From Hemiscyllium ocellatum (lineage: Eukaryota): a DNA stretch of 64,000 nucleotides. The stretch is from NCBI RefSeq assembly GCF_020745735.1, contig NC_083449.1, positions 9,956,923 to 10,020,922 on the forward strand, in the 5' to 3' direction. The notes under the pieces are model-generated. The model was given only the letters and a program-made list of their open reading frames with translations, was not told where the DNA came from and searched no databases. This document shows, piece by piece, positions 1 through 11,147 of this stretch; positions within the stretch are counted from its first letter, which is position 1, and every line of letters begins with the position of its first letter. The translations under genes were made by a program, and so were the position numbers.

Positions 1-400
1 TGTTTTTCAATAACAGTTGATTTGGAATGTTGGTGTGGGACTGAGGTGCAGAAGGTTACACAGCAAATGCTTCCAAAAGAAATCTGTTGGACTATGACCT
101 GGTGTTGTGCGATTTTTAACTTTATTTCGGTTGAGTGAGATCCAGAAACTGAGCAACAACTGCCCAGCACCATGAATGGGAGTACTCAACCACCAGGATG
201 CTTACACAGCTCAATATCCAACTCCCCAACTACCTGCTGGAAAGAGGAAAAACGGCACTGTTTCTAATGTTTTTACCAAGGCCCTAGTTGTATGTCCTTT
301 TACAAGAGTATCATATTCCTACAGTTGGTCTACCCAACCTCAAGAAAGAACGGGAAACAAATTGAAATTAAAACTGGGTTCAGAGGATTATAAACCACAA

Positions 401-770
401 GAATGTCCCACAGCAGCTTCTTCCCTCTCTCCCTCCCTCCCTCAGCAGGCCCACACACAGCCCGAGAAAGGCCTCTCTCTTTCCCCCCCAGCCCGCTCAC
501 TCCAAGTTCCGGGGCCAGTTCCTGCTCCGCTCGGCCTCTTACAAACAGCCCCCGGTTCTCCCTGAACTCACCCCGAATCAATCCCGGTCTCGGAGCACCC
601 TCTGTGTCCCAGGCTCCCATCCCGATGTGCTGCTGGAAGGAGCCTGCTGTTCCCTCGCTTCCCTGGGCGCTGATCTCTCCATTACGGTCTGTTTCAAACA
701 AACCTCTTGCACTCACTGAGTAAATGCTCCTCAATGGCAGCGCTGGGGGAGGGCCTCACGAATGCGCTCC
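401..770 (-). other. Conserved GC-rich block, copy 1: putative first exon + promoter of a non-histone spliced unit, divergent from H4
   Basis: Near-identical to 22750-23125 and 46560-46920. On the minus strand: Inr-like TCAGT (~716-720), ATG at 620 in GGGATGG context, donor G|GTGAGT (intron starts 571) and second donor GA|GTGAGC (500). Also an open 106-aa Pro/Ser-rich ORF on + (403-723). Confidence 0.55.
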
Positions 771-919
771 TCTGGACAGGAACAATCAGCTTTGGGAAGA
801 AAAGGTTCAGTCACAGATACTCGAGGCTGGAGGCGGAGCTGGATGATCAAAGCCATTTCCCTGCTCTGTGTCACTCAGTTTCCTCTCCAGACCCGCCTCT
901 CACCCTCTGTCAGCTCTTT

Positions 920-952
920 CTCAGTCAGGTCGGGCCGGGCTGTATAAAAACG
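920..952 (+). promoter_or_regulatory. H4 promoter (TCAGGTCGG element and TATA box)
   Basis: TATAAAAA at 943-950, ~55 nt upstream of the H4 ATG; GGTC-type H4 subtype element just upstream. Confidence 0.65.
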
Positions 953-996
953 GAAGGGGAAGCAGCTCGGCTCTCATTCAACAGCGATTGGAGTGA

Positions 997-1317
<321 letters not shown>

Positions 1318-1344
1318 ACATAAAGCGACCATTTTCCAGCGAAC

Positions 1345-1390
1345 CCAAAGGCTCTTTTCAGAGCCACCCAAACCCTCTGATAGAGAGAGC
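1345..1390 (+). terminator. Histone 3' stem-loop plus purine-rich downstream (U7) element of H4
   Basis: CCAAA-GGCTCT-TTTC-AGAGCC-ACCCA (stem 1350-1365), then GATAGAGAGAGC. Confidence 0.95.
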
Positions 1391-2734
1391 GGAGACCTGA
1401 GGGTGGGGAAGGCAGTACACATTGAGGGGATTGTTACTGTAGCCGGTTATTTCGCGTTTATCGCGACTTTATTTCGGTTCCAAAAATGTATTAATACCGT
1501 GTTCTGCGGTACGGCAGAGAGTATTCGGAGTGGACGGTTCACTTTGTTACTGTTTACCGTGGCGAATGATTTTAACATTGCAAGTATTCCTACAGTGTGG
1601 ATAAGAGGCTGTTCGGCCAATCGATACTCTACTATTGTGCAACCTGATTATTGCATGTAAAGAATCGCATTGTAACTTGTGATTGTAAAATATAGCAGCA
1701 GCATTAGGCCATTCTGCCCATCCAACTTGTTTTGCCATTCGAACATGGCTGATCGCTCTCAAACTTCCCGTATCCTTCAATCCTCTTTTTTTCGGGACTA
1801 CATGTCCATCTCAGTAATGATATCAATGTGTACTTGGCTGTCCATGCCATGAGTAATAATTTTATTTTATTTACTGTGGAATCCAGACATTAGTGTTACA
1901 TATTACAGTATTTATATTTCCCAGGCATAACACTCTGGGAGCCTGCGGTTGTGTTATGTGGCGCATTTTTTTTCCATCTGCTCTTCAGGCAGAGATTACA
2001 AATTGCCTTCGGGAAAGTAATAATCTGGATGAAATAAAAAAATACCGATAAAGTGTGGTTCTGTGATTCTATCGGTGTACACTGTTTTAGCTTTTAAGAT
2101 GTTTCAGTCGGCGGTTTTTCGATTGATTCACGGCGGATACAGGTTCGTTTGCCCCTCCAGAGAGAGCAGGAAGCGATCGGCGACATTAACTAACTTCCGA
2201 TCGAAATACAGTACTAAAAACAAAAACGGAAAGCAGCAGCGGTTAATTTGCAACTAATGAGAACTTCATTCAGGGATTGCGAAAATATAGTAATTAGAAG
2301 AGTGATTTTCACTTCAAATTTTGGCGCTGGGTTAGATATTCTGGAGAAAAAAAATCTCCTCATTGACTCCCTTTGCGATAACATGGCTTGTGGAGGCAGG
2401 AAGGAAAAATGGCGCCAAGAGATCAACAGCTTATTTTCAAATTTGAAAATACCCGTCATCTCGTATAAGAGCAGGAGGTTATACAGAGGAAAATGCATGT
2501 ACACATTGATTGGTTTTTCGATTACGAAACTAAACTTCATACAATCTCACTACCGCATTCCTCTCGCCAGAGGCTAACGAAAATAAGAGTGGGTATGAAC
2601 CGAGCAGAGAATAAATTGCAGAGGTGAATGCTGCAGAGACAGTGGGAGAATTCAGTTTATTGATGAAGTTAAAGGAAATGTGAAGCCAAACCCGATCGGC
2701 AACATCCGTGACACTATTCTAAACTCATAGAACA

Positions 2735-2816
2735 AGGGCTCATGTCCGAAACGTCGATTCTCCTGCTCCTTGAATGCTCCCTGACCTGCTGCGCTTTCCC
2801 AGCAACACATTTTCAG
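2735..2816 (+). mobile_element. Short Penelope-derived 3' end (partial hammerhead)
   Basis: Matches the 3' tail of the Penelope element at 13024-13107; flanked by 11-bp TSD CTCATAGAACA (2724-2734, 2817-2827). Confidence 0.85.
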
Positions 2817-3069
2817 CTCATAGAACATTGATCAAACATAAGATCACTCAGGCAGGGACCGTGCAATGAGAAATAATGTAGTTCCAGACACTCTTTACAC
2901 TCGTACTCTATGATATAATCTTCCTCTGCTCCCACAGACAGCAACAGTATCGAATAAAAAGGAAATAAAAGTTTAGCGCTGTCAGGTACAACGGCCAGGG
3001 CTCTACACATTAAAAAGAAAGTAATTCAACCCAACGGAGATTTCAGCTCCCTTCACAGATGCCGTGAGT

Positions 3070-3093
3070 GGCTCTTAAAAGAGCTCTTAAAAG
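3070..3093 (-). terminator. Aberrant histone stem-loop of H2A copy 1
   Basis: mRNA sense CCCTTTTAAG-AGCTCT-TTTA-AGAGCC-ACTCA; first G-C pair and CCAAA flank lost by duplication of GCTCTTAAAAG. Confidence 0.85.
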
Positions 3094-3119
3094 GGTTGCC
3101 AGATTCAGGAATAGTCTCT

Positions 3120-3730
<611 letters not shown>

Positions 3731-4337
3731 AATTCCAAATAAAGGAATATGTTTTCCCTGAAACCTGAAGTACAAAAAACAGAGTAAGTTCAAAAAACAT
3801 TAATATACATGATGTACTTTTAGTTTACAAATATGTACTTCACACGGTCTTACTCTCCCTCATTTGTCGAACTGCATCTGTCCATTTCTGATCTTGAGTG
3901 TGGGTTATTTTCTAAACCTTGAGAAGCTGAAACAAAACAGGACAAACACTGAAGTCTGCAACCTGCCTTTTCTTTGCACATTTTAATACCACCCCGATAT
4001 GCTGACGAAGCAGCTGTGTTGGTGATCTCTCGGTTCGCTCTGAAAGTCTCTCACCGACAGCAGGGCGCTTTATTTTGCATTTCGAAATGTAAAGTAAGTC
4101 AGAAGGTAAAATGCATCAATCGTGAGACGGAAAGAATTGGGCATTTGTCTGCCAGGGGTGAACAAGCAAGATGAAAAGTGACTCACAGTCGTCTGACTCA
4201 CCTCTCTCCACTATACTTTCGAATAATTTGCAAAGCACTTATTAACACAAATACATGTAATTCTAAGTTAAAATACATATGCAAACTATAACAAACTCTT
4301 GAAGAAATGGTTCCGCTGTCTCAGGGAAATGGTGGGT

Positions 4338-4353
4338 GGCTCTTATAAGAGCC
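4338..4353 (-). terminator. Histone 3' stem-loop of H2B copy 1
   Basis: AAA-GGCTCT-TATA-AGAGCC-ACCCA. Confidence 0.9.
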
Positions 4354-4394
4354 TTTAAGTTGTGGATGTGTTTGTTTCAGTACAATGCGGTCCT

Positions 4395-4775
4395 TCACTT
4401 GGAGCTGGTGTACTTGGTCACCGCCTTTGTGCCCTCCGACACGGCGTGCTTGGCCAGCTCCCCGGGCAGCAGCAGCCGCACGGCGGTCTGGATCTCCCGG
4501 GAGCTGATGGTGCTGCGCTTGTTGTAATGGGCCAGGCGGGAAGCCTCCCCCGCGATGCGCTCGAAAATATCGTTAACGAATGAGTTCATGATGCTCATGG
4601 CCTTGGAGGAGATGCCGGTGTCGGGGTGAACCTGCTTCATCACTTTGTAGATGTAGATGGAGTAACTTTCCTTCCTGGTCCGCTTCCTCTTCTTATTGCC
4701 CTTCGCTGGCGCCTTCTTGATGATTTTCTTGGCGCCCTTCTTGGATGCTTGCTGTGTTTTCTTCTCATCAGCCAT
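4395..4775 (-). CDS. H2B: Histone H2B, copy 1
   Basis: [17 protein letters not shown]...[20 protein letters not shown]...[10 protein letters not shown], 126 aa. Confidence 0.98.
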   Translation of the reverse strand: MADEKKTQQASKKGAKKIIKKAPAKGNKKRKRTRKESYSIYIYKVMKQVHPDTGISSKAMSIMNSFVNDIFERIAGEASRLAHYNKRSTISSREIQTAVRLLLPGELAKHAVSEGTKAVTKYTSSK

Positions 4776-4825
4776 AGCGTCGCTCACTTTCAGACACTGA
4801 ATAGAGGAAAGTGGGCGCGAACCTC

Positions 4826-4960
4826 CCTTTTTATAGACTGACGACGTCATCAATGCTAATGAGGGATGGGGAAGCCTGTTTCCTGATTGGGTACTTTACA
4901 CACAATCATGTCCCACCATTGAGTCTCTCTGACTGGTTAGTGTGGGATCCAATGTGGATC
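4826..4960 (-). promoter_or_regulatory. H2B promoter (TATA, CRE, octamer variant, CCAAT)
   Basis: TATAAAAA; TGACGTC; ATTAGCAT (4853-4860, variant of the H2B octamer ATTTGCAT); CCAAT 4886-4890. Confidence 0.75.
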
Positions 4961-5075
4961 TGCCACGAACTACAACGAAATATGAAGTGTGATAGTGATT
5001 CTGTTCCTGTCAGTCTGACTGAGGGAGATTTGTTTTGTGTCTGTGACACAGAAAGTGACTGCGGTATTGGCTCGC

Positions 5076-7210
5076 ACTGGATCACAGTCAAAAACAGGAA
5101 GAGGAAACCTCTCGGGGGCCCGAAAGCCACCCAGCGAAGGGGGAAGCGATACCTACAAGTCGAAGATGCAGGCAGCTCTTCCGATGGTGAGGATGGGCGC
5201 AAGAAGGGTCGTCATCAGAGGAAGAGACAGAGCGCCGTGGGGAAAAAGAAGGGCAGTACCGCCCAGGAAGGAAAGGACGATCCCTCTGAGGGGACGGGTA
5301 AAGGCCTCCCCCTACCCGGTGAGAACCAGGAGGTCCCACCGGCCCACAGCTCCAGGTATCTGGGAGCAGTGGTCCTATGACAGCCCTACTGTCAGACGGA
5401 GAACTGGTCAGTGCGGACCATCGGCCCGACACGAAGACACCAGAGTGGGGTAATGGCCCCAGCGCGGAGCTGGACAGTTACCTCAGCCCTGGGAAGGTCC
5501 AACAGTTTGCCGCCACCACGGGGATGCATACAGCTACCCCAGAGGGGCAAGACCAGCAGCAAATGGACACCGGTAAACCTATGAACTGTTAAAATGGGGT
5601 TTAAAATTGCTAGCATCAATGTGTGTAGCATCAAATTGGCTATGCGATGCGTTTCAACGCTGGCCTTCCTGGCCAGTGTCAAAGCCGATGTCCTGTTTCT
5701 GCAGGAGTGTGGGATACTGCACCTCAACAGTTATAGGAGGTGGTCAAGCTTGTGGGCCCATGGGCCGTCAGTGTGGTCGGGGGGCAACGATAACCGCTCC
5801 TCAGGCCTGGGAATCCTTTTGCGGGGAGGCAACTTCACCATCTCCGAGGTTAAGGAGATGGTGGGCGGGCGCCTCCTCGTCGCGGATGTTAAATACAGAA
5901 ACGCTCCCGTAAGACTAATCAACGTGTACGCCCCAGCGGATAAGAGTGAACGGTTGGCCGTCCTGCAACAGCTTCCCCTGTTGCTGACTACGTCCAGGCC
6001 GGTCATTCTGGCCGGAGACTTCAACTGCATCATTGATGCAGATGGACAATCCGGCGGGGGGGACAGTAAACTGGACGCTACGTCCAGAGCCCTGATGGAA
6101 ACGGTCAAAGATGCCAAGCTGCACGACATCTTCAGCACCCCTGCAGATGGAGCGCAGCATAGATACACATGGTCACGGGCAGACGGTCTATCTGCTCAAG
6201 GATAGATGACCTGTTTGTGTCCCGAACGTTCTTGGTCAGAACCACCGACGTCAAGCCGGTGTTCTCTGACCACTGCCTCCTACTGGCCGACTGTCACCTA
6301 CTGGACAAGCAGCGGGCGGGCAAGGGAACGTGGAAACTGGACACTAAGCTGTTGACCCCGGGAAACATCGAGGAGCTCAAGAGGGATTACGCAGTTTGGA
6401 GAACCTCGAAGCCCCTCTTTGAGTCTCCAGCAGACTGGTGGGAAACCGTAAAAGGGAACATCAAGAGGTTCTTCATCCTCAAAGGTGTTCAGGAGGTGAG
6501 AGAGAGGTGTGGAAAACTGTTCCAACTCCAGAAAAGTATGCAGTACCTGCTCCTGCTGCAGACGTTGGGGGTAGATGTCACGGAGGACCTCAAGGAGGTA
6601 AAGGGCCAGCAAGCCTCGCTCTTTGCCTCAGAAGCCTCCAAGATAATCTTCCGGTCCAGGGTCTGCTTGGTGGAGCAGGACGAGACGTGCTCACGTTTCT
6701 TCTTCCAGAAGGTGCACAAAGGGAGCTCCGTGTTCAGCAGCCTGAAGGAAGAAGATGACTCGGTAATGTCATCTCAGGCTGACATCATGAGGATCAGCAA
6801 ATCCTTCTATGCCAGCCTGTATGACGCGAAGCCAACCGACAGCACGGCCTCCCAGTCATTCCTGTCCTCTATCATAGAGGTCCTAGATGAGAGAACACGA
6901 GAGAGGCTGGATCAGCCACTATCTCTGGATGAGCTGACCAGGGCCCTCGAGTCCTTTGAAAAGAATAAAACTCCTGGAAGCGACGGCTTACCGGTCGAGA
7001 TCTATTCCGCTCTTTGGGATTTGATTGGCTGGGACCTGCTGGAGGTGTACGTCAGTATGCTTTGGGCAGGTACCATGAGTGAATCCATGAGGAAAGGCAT
7101 CATCACCCTCATCTACAAGCAGAAGGGGGAGAGGGACAAAATTAGAAATTGGAGACCGATCTCACTGTTAAACACAGACTACAAAATCTTGTCAAAGCTC
7201 ATCGCCAACC
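5076..7210 (+). mobile_element. Tx1/L1-clade non-LTR retrotransposon fragment (ORF1 C-terminus, ORF2 APE endonuclease + start of RT), frameshifted, truncated at both ends
   Basis: ORF 5594-6205 has SINV..LQE..NVYAP..GDFN; ORF 6169-7210 has SRID, SDH, PGSDG, WRPISLLNTDYKIL. Left breakpoint found by comparison with the empty site at ~54020-54050. Confidence 0.9.
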
Positions 7211-7429
7211 TGTCCTGCTGTGCTTTTCCAGCACCACACTTTCAACACCAATCTGTGCCCATCTGTTTCTGGGATGTAAAGCATTTTTGTAAACCCTATT
7301 TCACAGTTTTTAACTTGTCAGTATGTTACTGGACTGGAAATCAAACCTTCTGAAATGTAACTTGTTTTACTCTGTAGGTGTCTTCCATTGACATAAGAAT
7401 GTATTTCATGTAGTACCTACAGTTTTGAA

Positions 7430-7580
7430 TGTACCAGATACCACTTTGGACAGACTCAGGTAGGAGTCATTACCCTCCACTCCCATACCCTACGAATATA
7501 AGCTTCTGCACACAGACAGTCACCAAAGGCTGGAATCGAACCTGGGACCCTAGTGCTGTGAGGCAACAGTGCCACCCCAA
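7430..7580 (-). mobile_element. Degenerate HE1-type SINE fragment
   Basis: Reverse complement of tRNA-like head (GGTTCGATTCC box B) with internal deletion. Confidence 0.6.
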
Positions 7581-7629
7581 TAGCAGGGATGAGATCTCCA
7601 GTGAGAATATGCCCAACCATTTTATACTT

Positions 7630-8720
7630 ACAATGTACTTATGTATCATTCTGCAACTTGTAGATTCTGCTACGTGAATATGTGAGTACAGTTGTCTCTC
7701 TCTCCCTGTCTGTTTCTGCGATGTGCATACTTGATTGAAGTATGCCTGTACATGTTGGTTTCCACTCTCTGAATAAGCGAGTAAAGGTATTACTCTCTCC
7801 CAGTAAGACTCTCGGATATGCACACTTGAATGAAGTTACCACCCCATACCTGTTGGTTTCTGCTATGTAAATATGACAGTTTTTGCTCTGTGAATGTGAT
7901 TGTTTAATTATCAATCTGTCCATCTCAATTTCAGCATTGTTAAAATTTGAACATTGTTATCAATATCTACCTGCCATCTTCTGCCAAGTGAACATGTGGG
8001 GTCTGTATTGAAATGTACCTTTTGCTTTCTGCAGCATGAATGCATGAGTGTGGTTGTCAATCTTTCCCTGTCAATTTCTGCTATGTGAATGTATGGTTTA
8101 GTTATCCATCTGTACTGATGAAAGGCTTTGAGCCAAAACCTCAATTCTTCTACTCCTCGGATGCTGCCTGACCTGCTGTGCTTTCCCAGCACCACACTCC
8201 TGACAATCTCCAGCATCTGCAGTCCTCACTTTCAGCTATCCATCTGTACCTGTCAGTTTCTGATCTGTGAGTATGGAAGTGTAGTTATTGATCTGTCCAT
8301 CAATCTCTCCAATTTGAATATGACTGTCTGGTTATCTATCTCTCCCTGTCAGTTTCTGTGATGTGAAGATGACGATCCAATTATCTATCTGCCCCTGTCA
8401 GATTCTGCTGTGTGAATATGAGTGCAATTATCAGTCTCTATCTGTCAGCTTTTGCTGTGTCAACATAATGTTAGTTATCAATCTGCCTCATTAGGTTCTA
8501 GGTGAATGTAAGACTGTAGTTATCAATATATACCTGTCGATTTTTCTCTGGGAATATGTGAGTGTATTATCAAAATGTACCTGTCTGTTTCTGCAATGTG
8601 AATGTGTTTGTGCAATCATCAGTTTATCCCTACCAGCTTTAACTATATGAATGGATGAGTGCATCTGTACCTGATAGTATCTTTACTTGTCAGTTTGTGC
8701 TCTGTGAATAAGTGAATGTA
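7630..8720. repeat. Degenerate 47-49 bp minisatellite array
   Basis: Recurring GTGAATGTGTGAGTGTAGTTATCAATCTGTACCTGTCAGTTTCTGCTAT-like units; interrupted by a Penelope tail at ~8115-8232. Confidence 0.85.
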
Positions 8721-8834
8721 CATATATATTTGTCTCTGTTTAACATGACACTTGCAGAAATTGCAGGAGCTCTTTTTACTTCAAATCTCTGTTGCTCAAC
8801 GCGAATAAGATTTCATTGATTGCCATCCATATCA

Positions 8835-9155
8835 GGATGGCATGGTGGCACAGTGGTGCCAGGGAAACAGATTCAATTCCAACCATGCTTTGTTATCTGT
8901 GTGCTGTTTGCACGTTCTGTCCGTGTCTGCATGGGTTTCCTCTGAGTGCTCTTGTTTTTCTGCATGGTCCAAACATGTGCAGGGTTGCTGGATTAGCCAT
9001 GGTAGTATTCAAAGACGTGCAGTATTAGTGGGTCAACTATGGTAAATATGGAGTTATGGGGATTGGGTGGGGTGTACATCTGGGTGAGATCCCCTTTGGA
9101 GAATTGTTGGAGGATGGGCCAAATGACCTCTATCGCACTGGAGAAATTCTATGTA
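8835..9155 (+). mobile_element. Degenerate HE1 V-SINE
   Basis: GGTGGCACAGTGG head, V-domain GTTTGCACGTTCT..GTGTCTGCATGGGTTTCC. Confidence 0.75.
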
Positions 9156-10634
9156 CTGTAAATAAAAGTGAGCCTTTTTATACCATTGTCAGTCTCTGAC
9201 AGTATAGAGCAGTTTGGACAATTTCCACAACTTTTATTCTATGGTACGGTTTACGATTGCAAGTCATATTCTGAATGTGTATTTTGAAATTATTGTTCAC
9301 ATGTTTATAACAAGACCACTTGAGAGCTTTCTTTTTCTGTGTCCAATAAGTTCTGGGGATCTGTCTGAGTGTGTACCTTTTCATGTCAATATTTGATTTC
9401 CCTTTTGACCACTTGAGAACAAAGTATTTATTCAGTCATTTTGTAAGAGGTGTGTTCTGTTTTCATTTGTGGAAATGAATTAAACTGCAATATTTGTTTC
9501 AATCTGACACTTGGCCTGCTATCTAATTCCTCCAGTCTGGACAAACAGAATTGATACATGAATTACATACAGTCATAGAGTCAGACAGCAAGCCTAAACC
9601 ATGGTGAGATAATTGGATGAATACTTAATCTGAATGTTTATTTACTTCTTTCCCTACTTAACTGGAATACATTGTGAACATGCAATAGGGGGTTTAGTAT
9701 TTCTGAATAAACAAGTGGAGTTTACTTTTTGACCAATGTGATACCATGTATTTAAATTTGATTGGAAGTTCACTTGTACACTGGGACTGACATATTTCAC
9801 TCTTACCCTGTCCTGTTTAACTTCATTAATGAAATGCTAGCTCTCCCAACCATGTGATGCTTGTGAGCATGATTTTCCTACTTTTCCCTGTGGACCTACT
9901 AACCTGACAGTATTTATGTGCTTTGCAAGTTATTCTATACCCACTGTGTATTGGCACTATCTCATTCTTTGTTGCATCCAGAAATCAGTTTCCTTCACAC
10001 CCTTCATTCCATGAATAATGACAACACCTGGCACAGTCAGAAACTATTTGCTCTGCTCTTTCATTCACTTGTACGGCTTGTATACTTGGGAATTACTATC
10101 TACCTGTCAGTCTGTGCTATTCAATGGGACTGGTCCTTCAAAACTCTGCTCAGATGAGACAGGCTGCCACAGAGTAGAGCCACGTTGTCTAGTGAAGACC
10201 TTAGAAACTAAAATTTTATGTTGACCACGCAGGCTGTTCTCCATTGTGTAGACACACTGATTTTATATATAAAAAAGATTTTTGAAAGGAACAGTTCTGA
10301 CACAGGGAGGATGCCCACACTCACTTGACCCTGCTTCAGTCTTCCTGTATTGTGTTACTGAGCAGTATAAATGTTTGCTGTAAAGTGGACAGCCAGTTAG
10401 CAGAGTGGGACAGGAGAGTTCTCAGTTCATGTTTCCTGAAGTGAATGGGAAAGATCTTATTTTCTGTAATTGTTTGTATCTATAGGATTCACAGACAAGT
10501 AAAACTGTAACACATTGCCACAGAAACGAGTCTGTGCTGTTCTTAAAAGTCAAAGTGGGAAAAGCAATGGACTTTTCCAATTCTGATAGTGCGGAATCTA
10601 ACTGGGAGGAGTGATATCAAGGTCTCACCTTCAG

Positions 10635-11095
10635 AGTGTCATACAGTTGTACAGCACAGAAACAGGTCCTTTGGTCCAAGTTGTTCATGCTGACCAGAGA
10701 TCCTAATCTGACCAAGTCCCATTTGCCAGCATTTGGTCTGTCTCCCTCTAAACTCTTCCTATTCATGTACTGATCAAGGTGCCTACATAAAGTTGTAATT
10801 GTACCCACCACCTCCACTTCCTTTGGTAGTTCATTCCATACAAGCACCGCCCTCTGCAATGATAAAGTAACCCACAAGTGCTTTTCAAATTTTTTCAATC
10901 TCAACTTAAACCTATGCCCTCTACTTTTTGGACTCCCCAACATTAGAAAAAAAGACCTTGTGTATTCACCCTCTTAAGGTCACTCGTGATTTTATTAACC
11001 TCAACAAGGTCAAACGTCAGCCTCAGACAGTAAAGGGGGAAAAGATAACAGCCTATTTGGCCTCTCCCCATAACTCAAACCCTCCAGTCCTGGCA
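10635..11095 (-). mobile_element. CR1/HER1 LINE 3' fragment
   Basis: RGHRFKL..RAVLVWNELP..LDQYM C-terminal ORF2 motifs and CR1 3' tail. Confidence 0.85.
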
Positions 11096-11147
11096 ATGAA
11101 ATATACTGATGGGAGTAGTGCAGTTGATATAGTTTACATGGACTACA

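Noticed and set aside
4776-4853. N-terminal extensions in the ORF track for H2B and H2A
   Set aside because: Upstream non-ATG starts; the H2B extension runs through its TATA box; true starts are the conserved ATGs.
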